This document shows, one piece after another, positions 13,886 through 26,444 of a stretch of 64,000 nucleotides of DNA. Every line of letters starts with the position of its first letter. The stretch's first letter is position 1. This DNA is from Elsinoe ampelina. Taxonomy: Eukaryota. Location of the stretch: positions 2,111,320-2,175,319 of the forward strand of contig ML992501.1 in the NCBI GenBank assembly GCA_010093995.1, in the 5' to 3' direction. The position numbers and the translations under genes are program-made. The notes below the pieces were generated by a model. It saw only the letters and a program-made list of their open reading frames with translations, made no database searches and was not told where the DNA came from.

Positions 13886-14505
13886 ATGCCAGTCACGCCG
13901 GTGGAGCCCACACCTGCAACAACCTCAGATGATCAAAATGACAAGCCCCAACCGCCGCCTAAAGGCATCGTCCTCGGCCCGGATGGCAAACCGTGAGTCA
14001 AGCATGGCATACGATCTCGAGATCTGAGATGCTGATCTAGCACAGATGTCGGACATGCACATCGGTCAAGGCTTGGATGCAGATGACCAAGTCGAACGAC
14101 GCGCAAAAATCCACGGCAAAACCTCCCGCCACGACGGCGGCCTCAATTCCACAGCTACCCGATGACTGCCCGCCTGATGTCGAGCAGCTAGGAAGATCCT
14201 CATGGACACTGCTTCACACTATCGCTGCCAGCTATCCAGAGCGCCCGACACTCACTCAACAAGGCGATGCGAGACAGTTCGTGTCACTCTTTGGCAAGCT
14301 TTACCCTTGTTGGGTGTGCGCTAGCGACTTCCAAGAATGGATGAAGAGTGGCAATGAGCCTAGAGTCAGCAACAGGGAAGAGTTTGGACGATGGATGTGT
14401 GAGGCGCACAATGCTGTCAACCAGAAGCTGGGCAAGTCGACTTTCGACTGCAATCGCTGGCAGGAGCGCTGGCGGACAGGCTGGAAAGATGGGCGCTGCG
14501 ATTGA
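13886..14505 (+). CDS. ERV1: Mitochondrial FAD-linked sulfhydryl oxidase Erv1/ALR
   Basis: Exons 13886-13992 and 14046-14505. Shuttle motif DGKPCRTC, CPPDVEQLGRSSWTLLH, redox CWVC, CEAHNAVNQKLGK..FDC. Confidence 0.93.
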
Positions 14506-15093
14506 GCATGTCTGATAAGAGGCATGTCAAAATGCTCACACTACGGCTGGAAGAGTATCTCCTCTCAATGCAACTAGGACCCTGTCACTGCTTGGACGGA
14601 CGGGCTACGGTAAGGATTGCGAACAGAACCACATGCCAGCAATCACATCGCGCGTTCAGATCTCTTCAAGCCCAAGCGATAGCTAGATGCACGCTTCAAA
14701 GGCTCGTCTTATGCAACAGTCAAGGCGAACTTGCTGGATTTGTAAGCTAGGATGCGATGCGCCTTGCGAACAACATTCGCCAGTGCTACAGGGGCAAGCC
14801 GTCGGTAGACATTTAGAGCTCTGTAAATATACGGATCGCATCCACAATAGCGGACAGAAGTGACCACTTGCAAAGATTCCCTAACCTCCCCTGCTGCACA
14901 ACGGCACATTTGAGGCCCCGGACCATTCCAAAGGTGACTTTGTCGTTCACACATTGACCATGACGTCAAACTTTATGCCAAGCCTTGTGCGACAGCTCCA
15001 GAAAGTTTGCCTTCGTCGAAGTCATCTTTTCCGACTTCCAACTTCTTAATTAGCCATTACTGTTTTCAATCGTCTCTTTGATTCTTCGCGAAA

Positions 15094-15874
15094 ATGTCTC
15101 GTGGTGGGACAACATTATACGTCACTGGCTTTCACAGCGGCACGCGTGCGCGTGATCTTGCCTACGAGTTTGAGCGCTTTGGGCGGCTCGTTCGTTGCGA
15201 TATTCCCGCTCCACGCTCGGCTTCAAGTAGACTGTATTTGATACCCGCAAGCTCACTCATACGTATCCGCTGACGGTTTCAGGTTTGCGTTTGTCGAATA
15301 CGAGAGCCGCCGTGACGCCGATGATGCCTACTACGAAATGCACAACGTCCGCTTTGGTCGCGATGAGATACTAAAGATCGAGGTAGGTCTGGTTCTAGGA
15401 AGCACTCCCGTCGCACTGCTAACATTTTCCAGTGGGCTCGTACACCTCCTTCCGCCAACTGGCGCTTCGACTCTGGTGCAGGCCGCGGTGGTCGTCGCTC
15501 GCCTCGTCCTCGCAGCAGGTCTCCTCGTCGTGGCGGCCGCGGTGACTACTCTCCACGCAAGGAAGATCGCCGCGACCGCGACTACGACCGCCGTGACCGT
15601 GACCGAGAACGCGACCGAGACAGATCCCGCAGCCCTGACGACCGCGACCGCGACCGAGAGATGAAGGACGTTCGCGAGCGTGACGACGACCGTGAGCGTG
15701 ACGGGGATCGTGAAGGGGACCGCGATGCCGACCGTGAGCCCGACGCTGCCACCAACGGTGACGACCGCAAGGGTTCGTAAATCGCTATATTCAGTGACAA
15801 GTATGCTGACACATCCTGCAGCGGACGACCCCCCACCTGCTCCACAGCATGACGAACTGGATACTGCCGAATAG
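15094..15874 (+). CDS. SR-family pre-mRNA splicing factor (RRM plus RS/RD domain, Srp1-like)
   Basis: Exons 15094-15233, 15283-15382, 15433-15772, 15822-15874. RNP2 TLYVTG, RNP1 [19 protein letters not shown] and long RD dipeptide tract. Not shown intact in the ORF track because of introns. Confidence 0.9.
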
Positions 15875-16786
15875 AAACTGGTCGACCATTTCGGGAACAT
15901 GTCCGCCTCACGTAGGGCGAGGATCGCGGAAATTGGTAGTTGGTAGTGCAAGATTGGTGTGGACTGGATGGGCCATGGTGGGCAGAGACTGAAGCACACA
16001 TACATTGCATTCCGCATTGAGGTTGGGACAGACGTTGATACAGCGTAGCTCGAGCGGTCCGATCACACACGACGTCGGCGAATTCGACGAGCACACTTCT
16101 CTCGAACCCCTTCGATACCTCCCCGAGTACGAATCGATACTTCGATCAATTCCAGCCACCCCCGTGCCAGCACCATCGCCGTCAACGTAAACTGCCCGTA
16201 TACTCCACCGATCGACCCCATTAGCATTCCCACCTGCGATCACCCGCATCGACTTCACCCTGAAATCTTCTACATGGGTTCTCCCAGGATCACTTACTTA
16301 TCTGTACGTATTTTACTCTACTGACCATCGGAGAACAGGTGTCCCAGTCTCCTCTGAAGCCTGCAAGTTCCATGATCATGCACAGGGCACGAGTCTAATC
16401 CGTTTGCTGACAAGCCTGGTCCCCACCTCAGCCAATCTGCTATTGATCTTCGCTTCTGGTGATTTTCGTTGTACTTTATGTGACGCGAAGCATTCATTGA
16501 TCTTGCTGCTCGGTTGTGGCAAGGACATGTTTGGTAAGGAGATTCACCTCTGCACCTTCCCTTTCTCCTGACAAATCGAGATTGCCAAGTTGGACTGGTG
16601 TCGAATCGTCGCCAGCATTTGGTTCTCACCATACATAGATTGTTACATTATTACTGCCATTCATCTTTAGCATCCGACGGCGGGCACATGCCGATCAACC
16701 AGTCGCAATCAGTGCGCCATAGAGTGGACGAGGCAGTCTGGCGCCCTTGGTCGGAAGTCTTCCTCGACAGTGGACGCTATCCGACG

Positions 16787-19700
16787 ATGACTTCCATGAG
16801 CTTGGGGGATCGTATGTTTCGGAAGCTCTCTTTACATGGCTTAGGGCGCAAGAAATCGCAATCGAAAGGTATGCCGGACAATGAATGCTCAATGACAGTA
16901 AGCTAATTGATAAGTAGTAAAGAATAGAAAGATTCCCAGCACCAACAAGGAGGTTACCAACGGCTCGATACTAAAAAAGGGCGCAACCAGCGATGTCATA
17001 CTAGATGCGGATAATGTGACATTATCCAAGAAAAATGGCAAGGATCGAGCAGTCCACTTCGACGGTTCGCCTGATTCGGCAAGTGAGGAGCTGTTCCACG
17101 CAGACATGGATCAGACATCACTATCACATGGAGCACCCGAGACGGTACGCAAGTCACCGAAGCGATCAAAAAGTGCCGAGCAGCAGACGTCAACGACTAG
17201 CAGCTTCTTCCAAGATTTCGACGTGCGCCGACCGTTCCTGAGAAAGAAGCCTCGTATGCCACCTATTGAGACTCGAAAGATGCAACCTAGTTCATTACTA
17301 CCTGCAGCAGAGCCCGGCTATGCCAGCGACTCCCCAAGTTCATACCATCCATCTACAAATGGAACAAGCCCAACCAGTCAGATTTCTACGGCGCCCACGT
17401 CTTTGTTCTCGAACATCAGTCCTGTCCAATCTCAGACCTCCCAAGGTACCAAGTCATCTCCCGATAAGACAGTCACCAATGGACTCACTGCCATCACGGC
17501 CGCACGTGATTCGACTCCTCCTCAAGAACAGGAGACTTCCTATGTTCCAGCCGCGTCGACAGTTGAAAGTGCCAACGACCTGGGCACCTCACCTAGCCCA
17601 TCACTTGGCTCTATCTCGACGGCTGAAAAGGCAGCAGCAGCGAAGATCTATCTCGAGGCACATTTCAACAAGCTATTCGCCCAGGACCCGTCGGATCGAT
17701 CGGTGCGCAGGCGATCGTTCGAAAGATATCTGACGTCGCTTCCTGTCACTGATGAGCAACGTCTATTTGCGCGCATGGAGTACTACCAAGCCGAATCTTC
17801 TCACACCCGCCAAGTGCGTGTCCTCAAGACCTCCTCTCTTATTCGCCATGAGATGAAAGGAATCGACATTGCTGGCTACCAAGTCGTCCGAGTCTTGGGC
17901 AAAGGCAGTTTCGGAGTGGTCCGTCTCGTGACTGAGCGAAGTACATGGACATCAATAAGAAGACAAAACTCCCTTCATTCTCTCGCACAAGACGATCGAA
18001 GGCCGTCACTTTCTCGCCTATCACCTAGCGAGGTGTACGCCATGAAAGTCATCCGCAAGTCCACCATGCTGCGCAACAGCCAAGAAGCCCACCTTCGGGC
18101 GGAAAGGGATTTCCTTGTTGCGTCTGCTGCATCCAACAGCAACTGGGTGGTCCCTCTGATCTCGGCATTTCAAGACAATACCAATCTGTATCTGGTCATG
18201 GAATACATGGTTGGTGGAGACTTCCTTGGCCTTCTGCTTCGAGAAGATGTATTGGACGAGTCAGTGGCCAGGTGGTACATGGCTGAGATGATTCTCTGCA
18301 TTGAAGAAGCTCACAGGATGAAGTGGATCCATCGAGATGTCAAGCCTGACAACTTTCTGATCGACAGTAAAGGACATCTCAAGATCAGCGACTTCGGGTT
18401 GGCTTTCGATGGATGGTGGGGTCATGATCAGTCCTATTTTGCACGTTTACGTTACAGTCTCGCAGAGAAGATGGGTATCCAGATCAAGGGCGACGAAGAA
18501 GACGAGGACGACGCAAAAGCCTCGTCGTCGACTCTCAGCGGACGGCAGAGCAAGGACAAGCGATCTACCAAAAACACACCCGCGTGCGACAGCACTGCCG
18601 AGTCGAATGATCTACTTGCTCATCGAAACCTGTCTCTTCGCAATCAAGCCCGCTCCATCGTCGGAACAGGTCAGTACATGGCTCCCGAGATTATCCTCGG
18701 CCATCCCTACGACGGGCGCTGCGACTGGTGGAGTCTAGGCGTCATCTTGTACGAATGCCTGTACGGTCGCACGCCCTTCTACCGCGAGTCACGACAGGCG
18801 ACGAAAGAATGCATCGTGCGCCACGAAGAAACGCTCTGGTTCCCAGAGGGTGAAAGATGGTCGCGTCCGGGCAGTGACTATCGAAGGTGGTTGATGCCCG
18901 TCTCATCCTTGGGTATGGATCTGATCTGCCAATTGCTGAGGAGCAAAGACATGAGACTCGGAAGCCGTGGGTATGAGACCGTGGAGAAGAGAGGTCTTGG
19001 GGCCATGTTTGCTCGGAAGGAGAAGGAGAAGGGATTCGTGGTGGCTGAAGCAGCGGACGAGATCAAAGCCCACCCATGGTTCGAGGGCGTACCGTGGGGT
19101 CACATGCATCAGATGGTCCCGCCTTTCGTGCCGCGAGTTCGAGAAGGCCAGAGTGTGACCAAGTATTTCGAGGACGAGAAGAGTATCCTGTTCGAGGAGA
19201 GTGAAGGGACTTCGGTCGAGGAAGGGCCTGGGAGTATGGATGGGGTTGACGAAGGTGGTGAAGGATACTGGTTGCGGAAGGCGAGGTTGCAGCAGGAGAA
19301 GAGAGAACTGGGGATGATGGGGAAAGAGGACGAGAGTTTTGAGAGATTGAAGAGGGATGTGGGGCCGTACTGGGAGTGTTGGAAGAGTGCGAGGGTGATG
19401 GAGATGGAGGCGGCGGAGATGAATGGGATGGTTCGCGTTGCTGCTGAGATGGAGACCAACGCACCGCCCCGGATGCCCTCTGACGAAGCTGTAAGGGCGA
19501 TGCCGGGTTTTGATGGACCTTCGCCTACGCCTGTAGCCGAGCTGACCGGGAAGCAATTGGAGGGAGGCTCTCCGCCGGCTGATGCTCAGACAGCCTTACC
19601 ACCGATGCCCACACGCATCCCCGCCACTAAACCCTCGACCGTGTCTCTCCGTCCCGTGGCCCCCAAACCGAAGAAGCGAGCCAAGGACAAGCTACTGCGA

Positions 19701-19988
19701 GACCCAGCTTTGGCGAAGCAGGTCATGGAGGTGCGCAAGAAGACGGCCTTTTTGGGATACACGTTTCGCAGGATGAAGGGACCGGAGCTGTGGTTCGAGG
19801 GAGGTATGGTGGGAGTGAGTTATGGAGGACAGCCGGTCTGGAGTGGGGGTTATGCTGGAGGGATGGATGGGCAGGGGTGGGGAGGGATTGGGATGGATGG
19901 GGCGGGGGATCGAAGGGAGAACAGGAAGGGCGGGATGGGAATGGAGATGTGGAAAGGGTGGAGGGTGTGGAAAAGGGTGAGGTCGTGA
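16787..19988 (+). CDS. AGC-group Ser/Thr kinase, NDR/LATS (Cbk1/Cot1-related) divergent member
   Basis: Probable exon 1 16787-16868 (start uncertain), intron from 16869 (GTATGC..GCTAAT..AAGTAG), long exon 2 to 19988. GKGSFG, YAMKVIRK, HRDVKPDN, SDFGL, insert between subdomains VII and VIII, YMAPE, hydrophobic motif FLGYTFRR. Confidence 0.88.
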
Positions 19989-20213
19989 GTTTGACGAGTA
20001 TCGCTTTGTGTCTGTCCATGGGTGGATCTTCTTTTGTAGCACCGCACCTGAGAATCGACATGGTATTGAGTATGCAAAACGCTTTCAAGGAAATATGCCA
20101 ATGATGTCCGGGTATGAAATCCTGTCCAAATACTCTTCAGCAAAATCCCAGATCTCCATATATAATGCATGAAATACATCCACATGCCTCATATCCTACA
20201 CTCTTTCCCTCGC

Positions 20214-20865
20214 TCAAAACGCAACAAACATGCCCCCCATCAACCCAGCCAGCACAATCGCCCCCACCGCCCCGGCCACCTCCTTGACCCCCGCCCCGCT
20301 CTGTCCCCCACTGCCGCCCGACCCACCACCCGAAGCGCTCCCTTCGCCGGTGACATTATACAACGAGAGCGTCAACCTCCCACCGCAGACCTGCGAATTA
20401 TTGCCCCCGCAACCGATGCTGCAGTTTGATTCGTCGAGTTTGGTGGTCAGGGAGGAGAGGTACTTGCCGCCCCAGCACTCGCGGCCGTACTCGAGGCCGC
20501 AGTATTGGTAGGAGTTGCCTTTGCAGAAGGTGAGGCAGGAGAGGGTGGTTTGGGAGTTGTTGGAGATCTGGGGGAGGGGAGGTGGTGGTCAGTTGGTTTG
20601 TGGGGAGAGGAGAGTGGGGGAATGGTACCATTGACCCGCTGTTCAGGGCGCGGACGCCGCCTGCGTTGCTGAAGCCGGTGGTTTCGTTGTAGCAGCCTAC
20701 GTAGCTGTAGCCGAGGGCGCCTTCGCCTGGTGCTGCGCCGGAGGGAGCCGGGGTTGGGTCGGCGATTTCGGCGGTGGTGGTCGCGAGGGCCGAGGTGATG
20801 TCTGCTGTGACGAGGGGGGTGAGGGAGAGGAGGGAGATGGCGAGGGTGGAGAGGGAGAAACGCAT
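20214..20865 (-). CDS. Secreted, probably GPI-anchored WSC-domain protein
   Basis: Exons 20865-20629 and 20567-20214. Signal peptide MRFSLSTLAISLLSLTPLVTA, WSC pattern YVGCYNE..CLTFC..YCGLEYGRECWGG..CSIGCGGNNSQVCGG..LY, Gly/Ser spacer and hydrophobic C-terminus. Confidence 0.88.
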
Positions 20866-21644
20866 GTTGGCTGGATTGGGAGATGGGGTGTTTGTGCGGG
20901 TGGGTCGGGGTCTTGGTTGAGGAAAGGTACCGCTGCTGGTGCTGTACAGGAGAGATGAGAGGAATACGAAAGAATGCCGGAAAGGAAAGCCAGATACTCA
21001 GAGACCTGTGGTTGTAGAGAGCGGAAGAGAGGGACATGGTACGCGGTTTTGCTTACATGGGATGGATATGCGTTGAGGCGTTTCTCGGGAGAGAAGGCCA
21101 ACGGGCAGAGAAACGAGCAGTTGGTGCAAGCGTGCCAGCTGAAGTTGAAGCGTGTTGATAGGGTCCCGACTCGATAGTCTGGGTCTTCCCGCAGCGGGGA
21201 CCCCCCGAGCTGCATTCGGTTCGACGCGTGCATCTCCCGGATCAGTCTCAGGAACCATGTTCCATCATGGTCGCTGTGGAATTTGAGCATACAGTACATT
21301 CATCCACCTGTGCATCTTACTGAATTCACTTTGGTACTATATTTAACCACTATGGCTGGTGATGGCCGAACAAGCAAGGAGACGGCTCCGATCTGTCCCC
21401 CTTGCCACGGATCTACCCGCGAGCTTATTTTGCGGTGGATGAATTTGTAGCCAGTGACGCAACGAACCTCCACCAGTGCATTGTGGTCGAAATTGACGGC
21501 TTCATCTACAAGCTCTCAAAGCAAGCATGAGATGATTATCCAGGTGAGCATGGCAAGCCTATATATTCCGTAACATCCTCCCTCTTCTGCTATGCTGCAA
21601 CATCCCACTGTCTACACCACAACTCCCTTCTCAGCTCATCCACC

Positions 21645-24600
21645 ATGAAGAAGAGCTTCAAATCCCAAGCCAGTAGCGGTCGAGCTACCTTTGGAGCCCC
21701 CTCCTTTGGTGGCTTCGGCTCGTCTGCTTTTGATTCTGGATCCTCGCCGCTTTCGCATGTCTATGAGCCCCCAAATCTCACCACAATTTCCGACGCCAAT
21801 GTCGTCGTCCAGCTGAAGAATCTTATGAAGAAGGATGGAAAGACAAAGTCAAAAGCTCTCGAGGATCTGATTGCGTATACCACAACGAACAAGACCGAGA
21901 TAGAGGAGGGCGTCTTTACGGCTTACATCAAGCTGTATCCTCGCCTGTCTATCGATGCCGAGCGCAGAGTACGTCAATTGTCACATACTCTTGTTGGTCA
22001 CATCGTGGTAAAGTGCGGCAAGCGAGTAGCTCCATACCTGCCTCAGATTGCCGGCCCATGGCTTTGCGGACAGCATGATCCCGACCGAGCGGTATCTCGC
22101 TCCGCCAATGAAGCCTTTCAGGCCGCTTTCAACACACAAGAGAAAGCCCAGAACTTCCGCAGGCTATTTCAGAGACAGATTGTGGAGTACTGCAGGGATG
22201 CTGTCCTTCATGAGACTCCTCAGACTCTCAGCGACACCAGAAATGTATCAAAGGAAACCGCCGATGCCATCTACTATCGGGTCGTCGCTACCAGCTTGGC
22301 TTTAATCGCAGCGTTTATCATGAATCTACCGAACGAAGAATTGGACAAAGTCTCGGACGCATATACCGCCATCCTGACTGACAAAGTCTTCCTCGAACTT
22401 CTATCTGCATATGACCCGCCGACCAGGAATGCTGTTATGCGCATCCTTCGAGGATGCATACAAACATCAAAATGCACCACCGACCTGGACTATACTCTTA
22501 CATCTCATGTCATATTCAGCAAGGTCCTCCCATCGGATCAGACGTCAACAGCAGGTGACGTGTTGGCTCTCCTTGTCCTCCTGACGGAACAGCAACCCTC
22601 GATATGGAAGGCCGAAAGCGGAAGCAAAAAGTCACCGGATCGCCGACTTCGAAGCTTTATCAAGCGAGGAGCCCAGTCTTCCGCTTCTGAATACTGGGAC
22701 TCCCTGACGAGTCTCTTCGATCGAATGCCTCCCGAGATACTACCATCAGACAGTGCTGCAGTAAAAGAATGGATGACAGCACTTCTCGAAGGCGTCACAC
22801 AAAGACAGGAGCCTCGCCACACTACGTCAGCATGGTCGAACTATACTGACATCTCCATGCGTCTCTATCAATGCCTTCCATCTTCAGAACAGGATGCGTT
22901 CGTGAACGATTGGTTTCTCCCTGTTATTGATCAGTACGTCAGTCCGAGCGAAGCCACCAGCAAGTGGACCATACCCATTTCAAAACCGGAGCCTTTGATC
23001 GCCAAGTTGGTCCTGCAGGACGCGTTGGGTGAATCTGTACCGGTCAAATGGCCCCAATACACGGATCAATTGACCGACCTGATGAAGCTGTCACAACCCG
23101 AACAATCGAACGAATTCGACAAATCCCAAGCAGCGGTCGTAGCAGCAGTTCGGCATTGGCTAGCACTCCAATTGGCGGTTCTCTCAGGCCAGCATGGAAC
23201 TCCAGACAAGATCGAACCCGTCATCCTCAAAGAGACTGCGAGGTTGCAGCAGGCTGCGACGGACCTGCTAGTGTCTAGACGAGGCAAACCGTACAGCGCT
23301 GCCTTTACAATCACAGAGCTTGCGAAACATCACGAGAAGCTGAACTCTAGTGCGGCACGAGACCATCTTCAGACATTCATGCAGACAGAAGCAGCGGAGC
23401 TATTATCATCGCCAAGTCAGGACTATCTTCTCGATTCGCTGCACAGCATATCTGATCCAGAGCTTTTCGACCGCGTTTGGAATTCGTGGGCAACCCGGCT
23501 GACGAGGCAAGATGAATCCCCTGAAGAGTCGAACGCGGCAATGAAATTTTTGCTCAGTTCCAAGACTCAAGCTACGAGAGATCTTGCAAGAGACCATGAA
23601 GGAGTTCAGAGCCTTCTCAAGAGACTTCTCGGCCCCACAAAGCTGTCGACCATAGCATCCACTGAGCTTGCACCACTCCTGGCTTTGGCTTCTGATTCGA
23701 CTACTGAGCACATACTTTCCGCATCTATGGCTGCGTTAGAGACCAGCGATGACCCAGGGGTGGCGATTGACGGGTTGGAAGTACTGGACCAGGCCAAACC
23801 CGGTACCCTGAGAGAATTCGCCACCAGCAGTTCTGGATCTGAGCTCTTACCTCGCATCATCAACATACGACAATCTACATCCGGAGACCTCGAAGAGAAA
23901 GCTCGTCAGCTGCACGAGCGCTTGATTGGAGTTGATGGCAGACCGCTTAGTCCGAATTCAGCAACAGGAATGATTCGCCGTGAGCTGGAGAACACATCGC
24001 AAGCCAGCTTACCAATCTCCGTCATCTCGGAGATTGTCGAGTCGCAGATGCAAGACTTCGAGGGCGAGATGGTTGATCTTCTAGTGTCCCTCGCAAATTC
24101 GTGGGATATGTCACTCAGGCCCTTTTCTGAGCGAAAACTGGCATCGAGTCTGGCAATGATGAATCCACTGGCAGGTGCGATACATCTCCTGAATGGTCAA
24201 GCACAATCTACCAAGTCGACGACAGACAATGAAGGACTCACGCAACCCATCAGGATTGCAACATTCGCCCGCTTTATCCTTTCCAAGCTAAGCCCGGCAA
24301 GACTAGAAGCACGTCAGGAAGCACATCTACTCAGTCTCGTATCTTGGACGGCCTTGCTAGTGGACGACAATACAAATGTCTTCAATAGCAACGGAATATG
24401 GGTCCGATCGCCCTTCTCGTCAACCGAGAATGTTGTGACTGACTTTGTCGCTCACGCTAAGAAGCTAGTCATTCAACGACTATCAAGCGTTGGGACCGAC
24501 TCCGAGCTATTCGCAGAATTTACGGACATCAATCTGGAGTCGATCTCATCAGTCAATGCTTTCGACTTCTGCAAAGCAAGATTGTACCTGGCCGTCACCA

Positions 24601-26444
24601 CTGAACTGTTCGAAGGTCAAGGGCTTTCTAAACAAAAGATATCCGAGCTGGAGGAAGATGTTAAAGCATATCGAAAAGATGGCCGAACGTTACCCCTTTG
24701 CGCGACTGTCGCTCTCTTATCATCACAGTTCGCTCAGTCACCATTCTTGCAGAGATATCTCAATGAGCTGGTTGCCGACCTTTCTGCAGCAGGAGGGTCC
24801 GTCGAGAAAACTATGCAGAATCTAGTGGTCTCAAATCTCATATTGCAGACCCAACCAGAGCTCGAAGGAACGGTACAGAAACATCGCCTCGTGCTACTCG
24901 TTAAGCATCTCACTACTCAGCTTGGAGACGCCGAGAAGGTGCCCGTGGCGCTGCGTGCAGAGGCTGCAACAGCGCTGCGCTACTTGGTCCCACACATCAG
25001 CGACATCTACGGTGAGCACTGGAGTCAGATCTTAGCAACAGTGTCTTCAATCCTGAGAGACGGCTTCTCTACTCCGAGGCTAGACGAGATGCGACTCGCC
25101 CTTGTGCACTCGGCTTTGCGCTTGCATACTGCACTGCAACTCATCACGTACGAGAGCGAGCCCAATGAGGATCTGGTTGATGCCTTCAAGGAATGCAAGG
25201 ATGACGTTGATGGTGGCATACTCGCCCTGCTCAGTAACGAGTGCACTTCAACAGAGTTCAGACATGTCCCGCTAAGAATCACCGAGGATCTCATCGCACG
25301 GAAAGCTCGTAAGCTGGACAAGATCTCAGATGTCGATGCCGAGAACCTGTGGCCACAGCTCGATTCCAAGTCACCCTCTCTGCAATCGTCAGCCTTCGAA
25401 CTGCTCGGAAGATACACTGATGACCGCCAAGAAGCTGTCTCGTTCGATGCAGCCTTGGAGAAGAAGATTGCTCATCTGCCGGAGCAGCTACTTTCCCTGA
25501 TCTTGGACGCACCTGATATTGACACAGTCATCTCAGCCTCCTTCGAAGATGAAATCCCTCATGACCTGAAGGCGTACATTCTGAGCTGGCAGCTTGTCTT
25601 CAGGCACTTCGACAAGGCCTCAGCCAACGTGAGGGACCACTACGTCGAGGACATCCGATCAAGCGACTACTTACCACCGCTTCTCGACCTGATCTATGAC
25701 TTCCTCGGATTCACCACAAGCAAACCAATCGACGCCTCCAAATTCGCCATCACAAGCCACGACTGGTCAGGCCACGACGATCCGGAAATCGAAACCCAAA
25801 GCGCCCTCATCCACCTCTTCTACCTCACCCTGACCCACCTCCCCAGTCTCGCAAAACAACACTACCTCTCCCAATCCAACCGCACCCTCTCCAACAACAT
25901 CTCCACCTGGACAGCCAAACACATCTCCCCGCACGTCATCACCTCCCTCTTCTCGCGCGTCACCACCTGGTCCACCACCTTCGCCTCGGACCCCGAATAC
26001 GAGAACTTCTCGCTCAAAATCGCCCCCAAATCCCGCGAAGTCACGGCCTCATACCTCATCGACGAACAACCCATGTCCATCCTCATCGCGCTTCCCGAAA
26101 CCTACCCCCTCACCGGCGCCACGGTCACGGGCCTGTCCCGCGCCGCCCTCGACCCGAAGAAATGGCAATCCTGGATCCGCGGCTGCCAGGGCGTCATCCA
26201 CTTCTCCAACGGGGACCTCGTGGACGGGTTGCGGAGTTGGCGGACGAACGTCAAGGGGGCGTTGGCGGGCCAGAGCGAGTGCGCGATTTGTTACTCGGTC
26301 ATCAGTGGCGATAAGCAGTTGCCGACCAAGAGGTGTTCGACGTGTAGGAATATGTTCCACAATGGGTGTTTGTTCAAGTGGTTCAGGACGAGTAATAGTA
26401 GTTCTTGTCCGTTGTGCAGGCAGGCTTGGAGTTATAGTGGTTGA
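21645..26444 (+). CDS. RKR1: E3 ubiquitin ligase listerin (ribosome quality control)
   Basis: Single 1599-aa ORF. N-terminal KNLMKKDGKTKSKALEDL and LYPRLSIDAERRVR, helical middle, RWD-like region, C-terminal RING ECAICYS..CSTCRNMFHNGCLFKWF..SSCPLCR. Confidence 0.95.
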   Translation: MKKSFKSQASSGRATFGAPSFGGFGSSAFDSGSSPLSHVYEPPNLTTISDANVVVQLKNLMKKDGKTKSKALEDLIAYTTTNKTEIEEGVFTAYIKLYPRLSIDAERRVRQLSHTLVGHIVVKCGKRVAPYLPQIAGPWLCGQHDPDRAVSRSANEAFQAAFNTQEKAQNFRRLFQRQIVEYCRDAVLHETPQTLSDTRNVSKETADAIYYRVVATSLALIAAFIMNLPNEELDKVSDAYTAILTDKVFLELLSAYDPPTRNAVMRILRGCIQTSKCTTDLDYTLTSHVIFSKVLPSDQTSTAGDVLALLVLLTEQQPSIWKAESGSKKSPDRRLRSFIKRGAQSSASEYWDSLTSLFDRMPPEILPSDSAAVKEWMTALLEGVTQRQEPRHTTSAWSNYTDISMRLYQCLPSSEQDAFVNDWFLPVIDQYVSPSEATSKWTIPISKPEPLIAKLVLQDALGESVPVKWPQYTDQLTDLMKLSQPEQSNEFDKSQAAVVAAVRHWLALQLAVLSGQHGTPDKIEPVILKETARLQQAATDLLVSRRGKPYSAAFTITELAKHHEKLNSSAARDHLQTFMQTEAAELLSSPSQDYLLDSLHSISDPELFDRVWNSWATRLTRQDESPEESNAAMKFLLSSKTQATRDLARDHEGVQSLLKRLLGPTKLSTIASTELAPLLALASDSTTEHILSASMAALETSDDPGVAIDGLEVLDQAKPGTLREFATSSSGSELLPRIINIRQSTSGDLEEKARQLHERLIGVDGRPLSPNSATGMIRRELENTSQASLPISVISEIVESQMQDFEGEMVDLLVSLANSWDMSLRPFSERKLASSLAMMNPLAGAIHLLNGQAQSTKSTTDNEGLTQPIRIATFARFILSKLSPARLEARQEAHLLSLVSWTALLVDDNTNVFNSNGIWVRSPFSSTENVVTDFVAHAKKLVIQRLSSVGTDSELFAEFTDINLESISSVNAFDFCKARLYLAVTTELFEGQGLSKQKISELEEDVKAYRKDGRTLPLCATVALLSSQFAQSPFLQRYLNELVADLSAAGGSVEKTMQNLVVSNLILQTQPELEGTVQKHRLVLLVKHLTTQLGDAEKVPVALRAEAATALRYLVPHISDIYGEHWSQILATVSSILRDGFSTPRLDEMRLALVHSALRLHTALQLITYESEPNEDLVDAFKECKDDVDGGILALLSNECTSTEFRHVPLRITEDLIARKARKLDKISDVDAENLWPQLDSKSPSLQSSAFELLGRYTDDRQEAVSFDAALEKKIAHLPEQLLSLILDAPDIDTVISASFEDEIPHDLKAYILSWQLVFRHFDKASANVRDHYVEDIRSSDYLPPLLDLIYDFLGFTTSKPIDASKFAITSHDWSGHDDPEIETQSALIHLFYLTLTHLPSLAKQHYLSQSNRTLSNNISTWTAKHISPHVITSLFSRVTTWSTTFASDPEYENFSLKIAPKSREVTASYLIDEQPMSILIALPETYPLTGATVTGLSRAALDPKKWQSWIRGCQGVIHFSNGDLVDGLRSWRTNVKGALAGQSECAICYSVISGDKQLPTKRCSTCRNMFHNGCLFKWFRTSNSSSCPLCRQAWSYSG

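Noticed and set aside
15331..16094. Antisense ORFs of 228 and 170 aa, one RS-rich
   Set aside because: Shadows of the repetitive GACCGY (RD) tract of the plus-strand SR gene.
16304..16338. GTACGT..CTGAC..CAG mini-intron upstream of the kinase
   Set aside because: Only 35 nt, shorter than other introns here; no transcript evidence. The acceptor could pair with an unidentified upstream donor.
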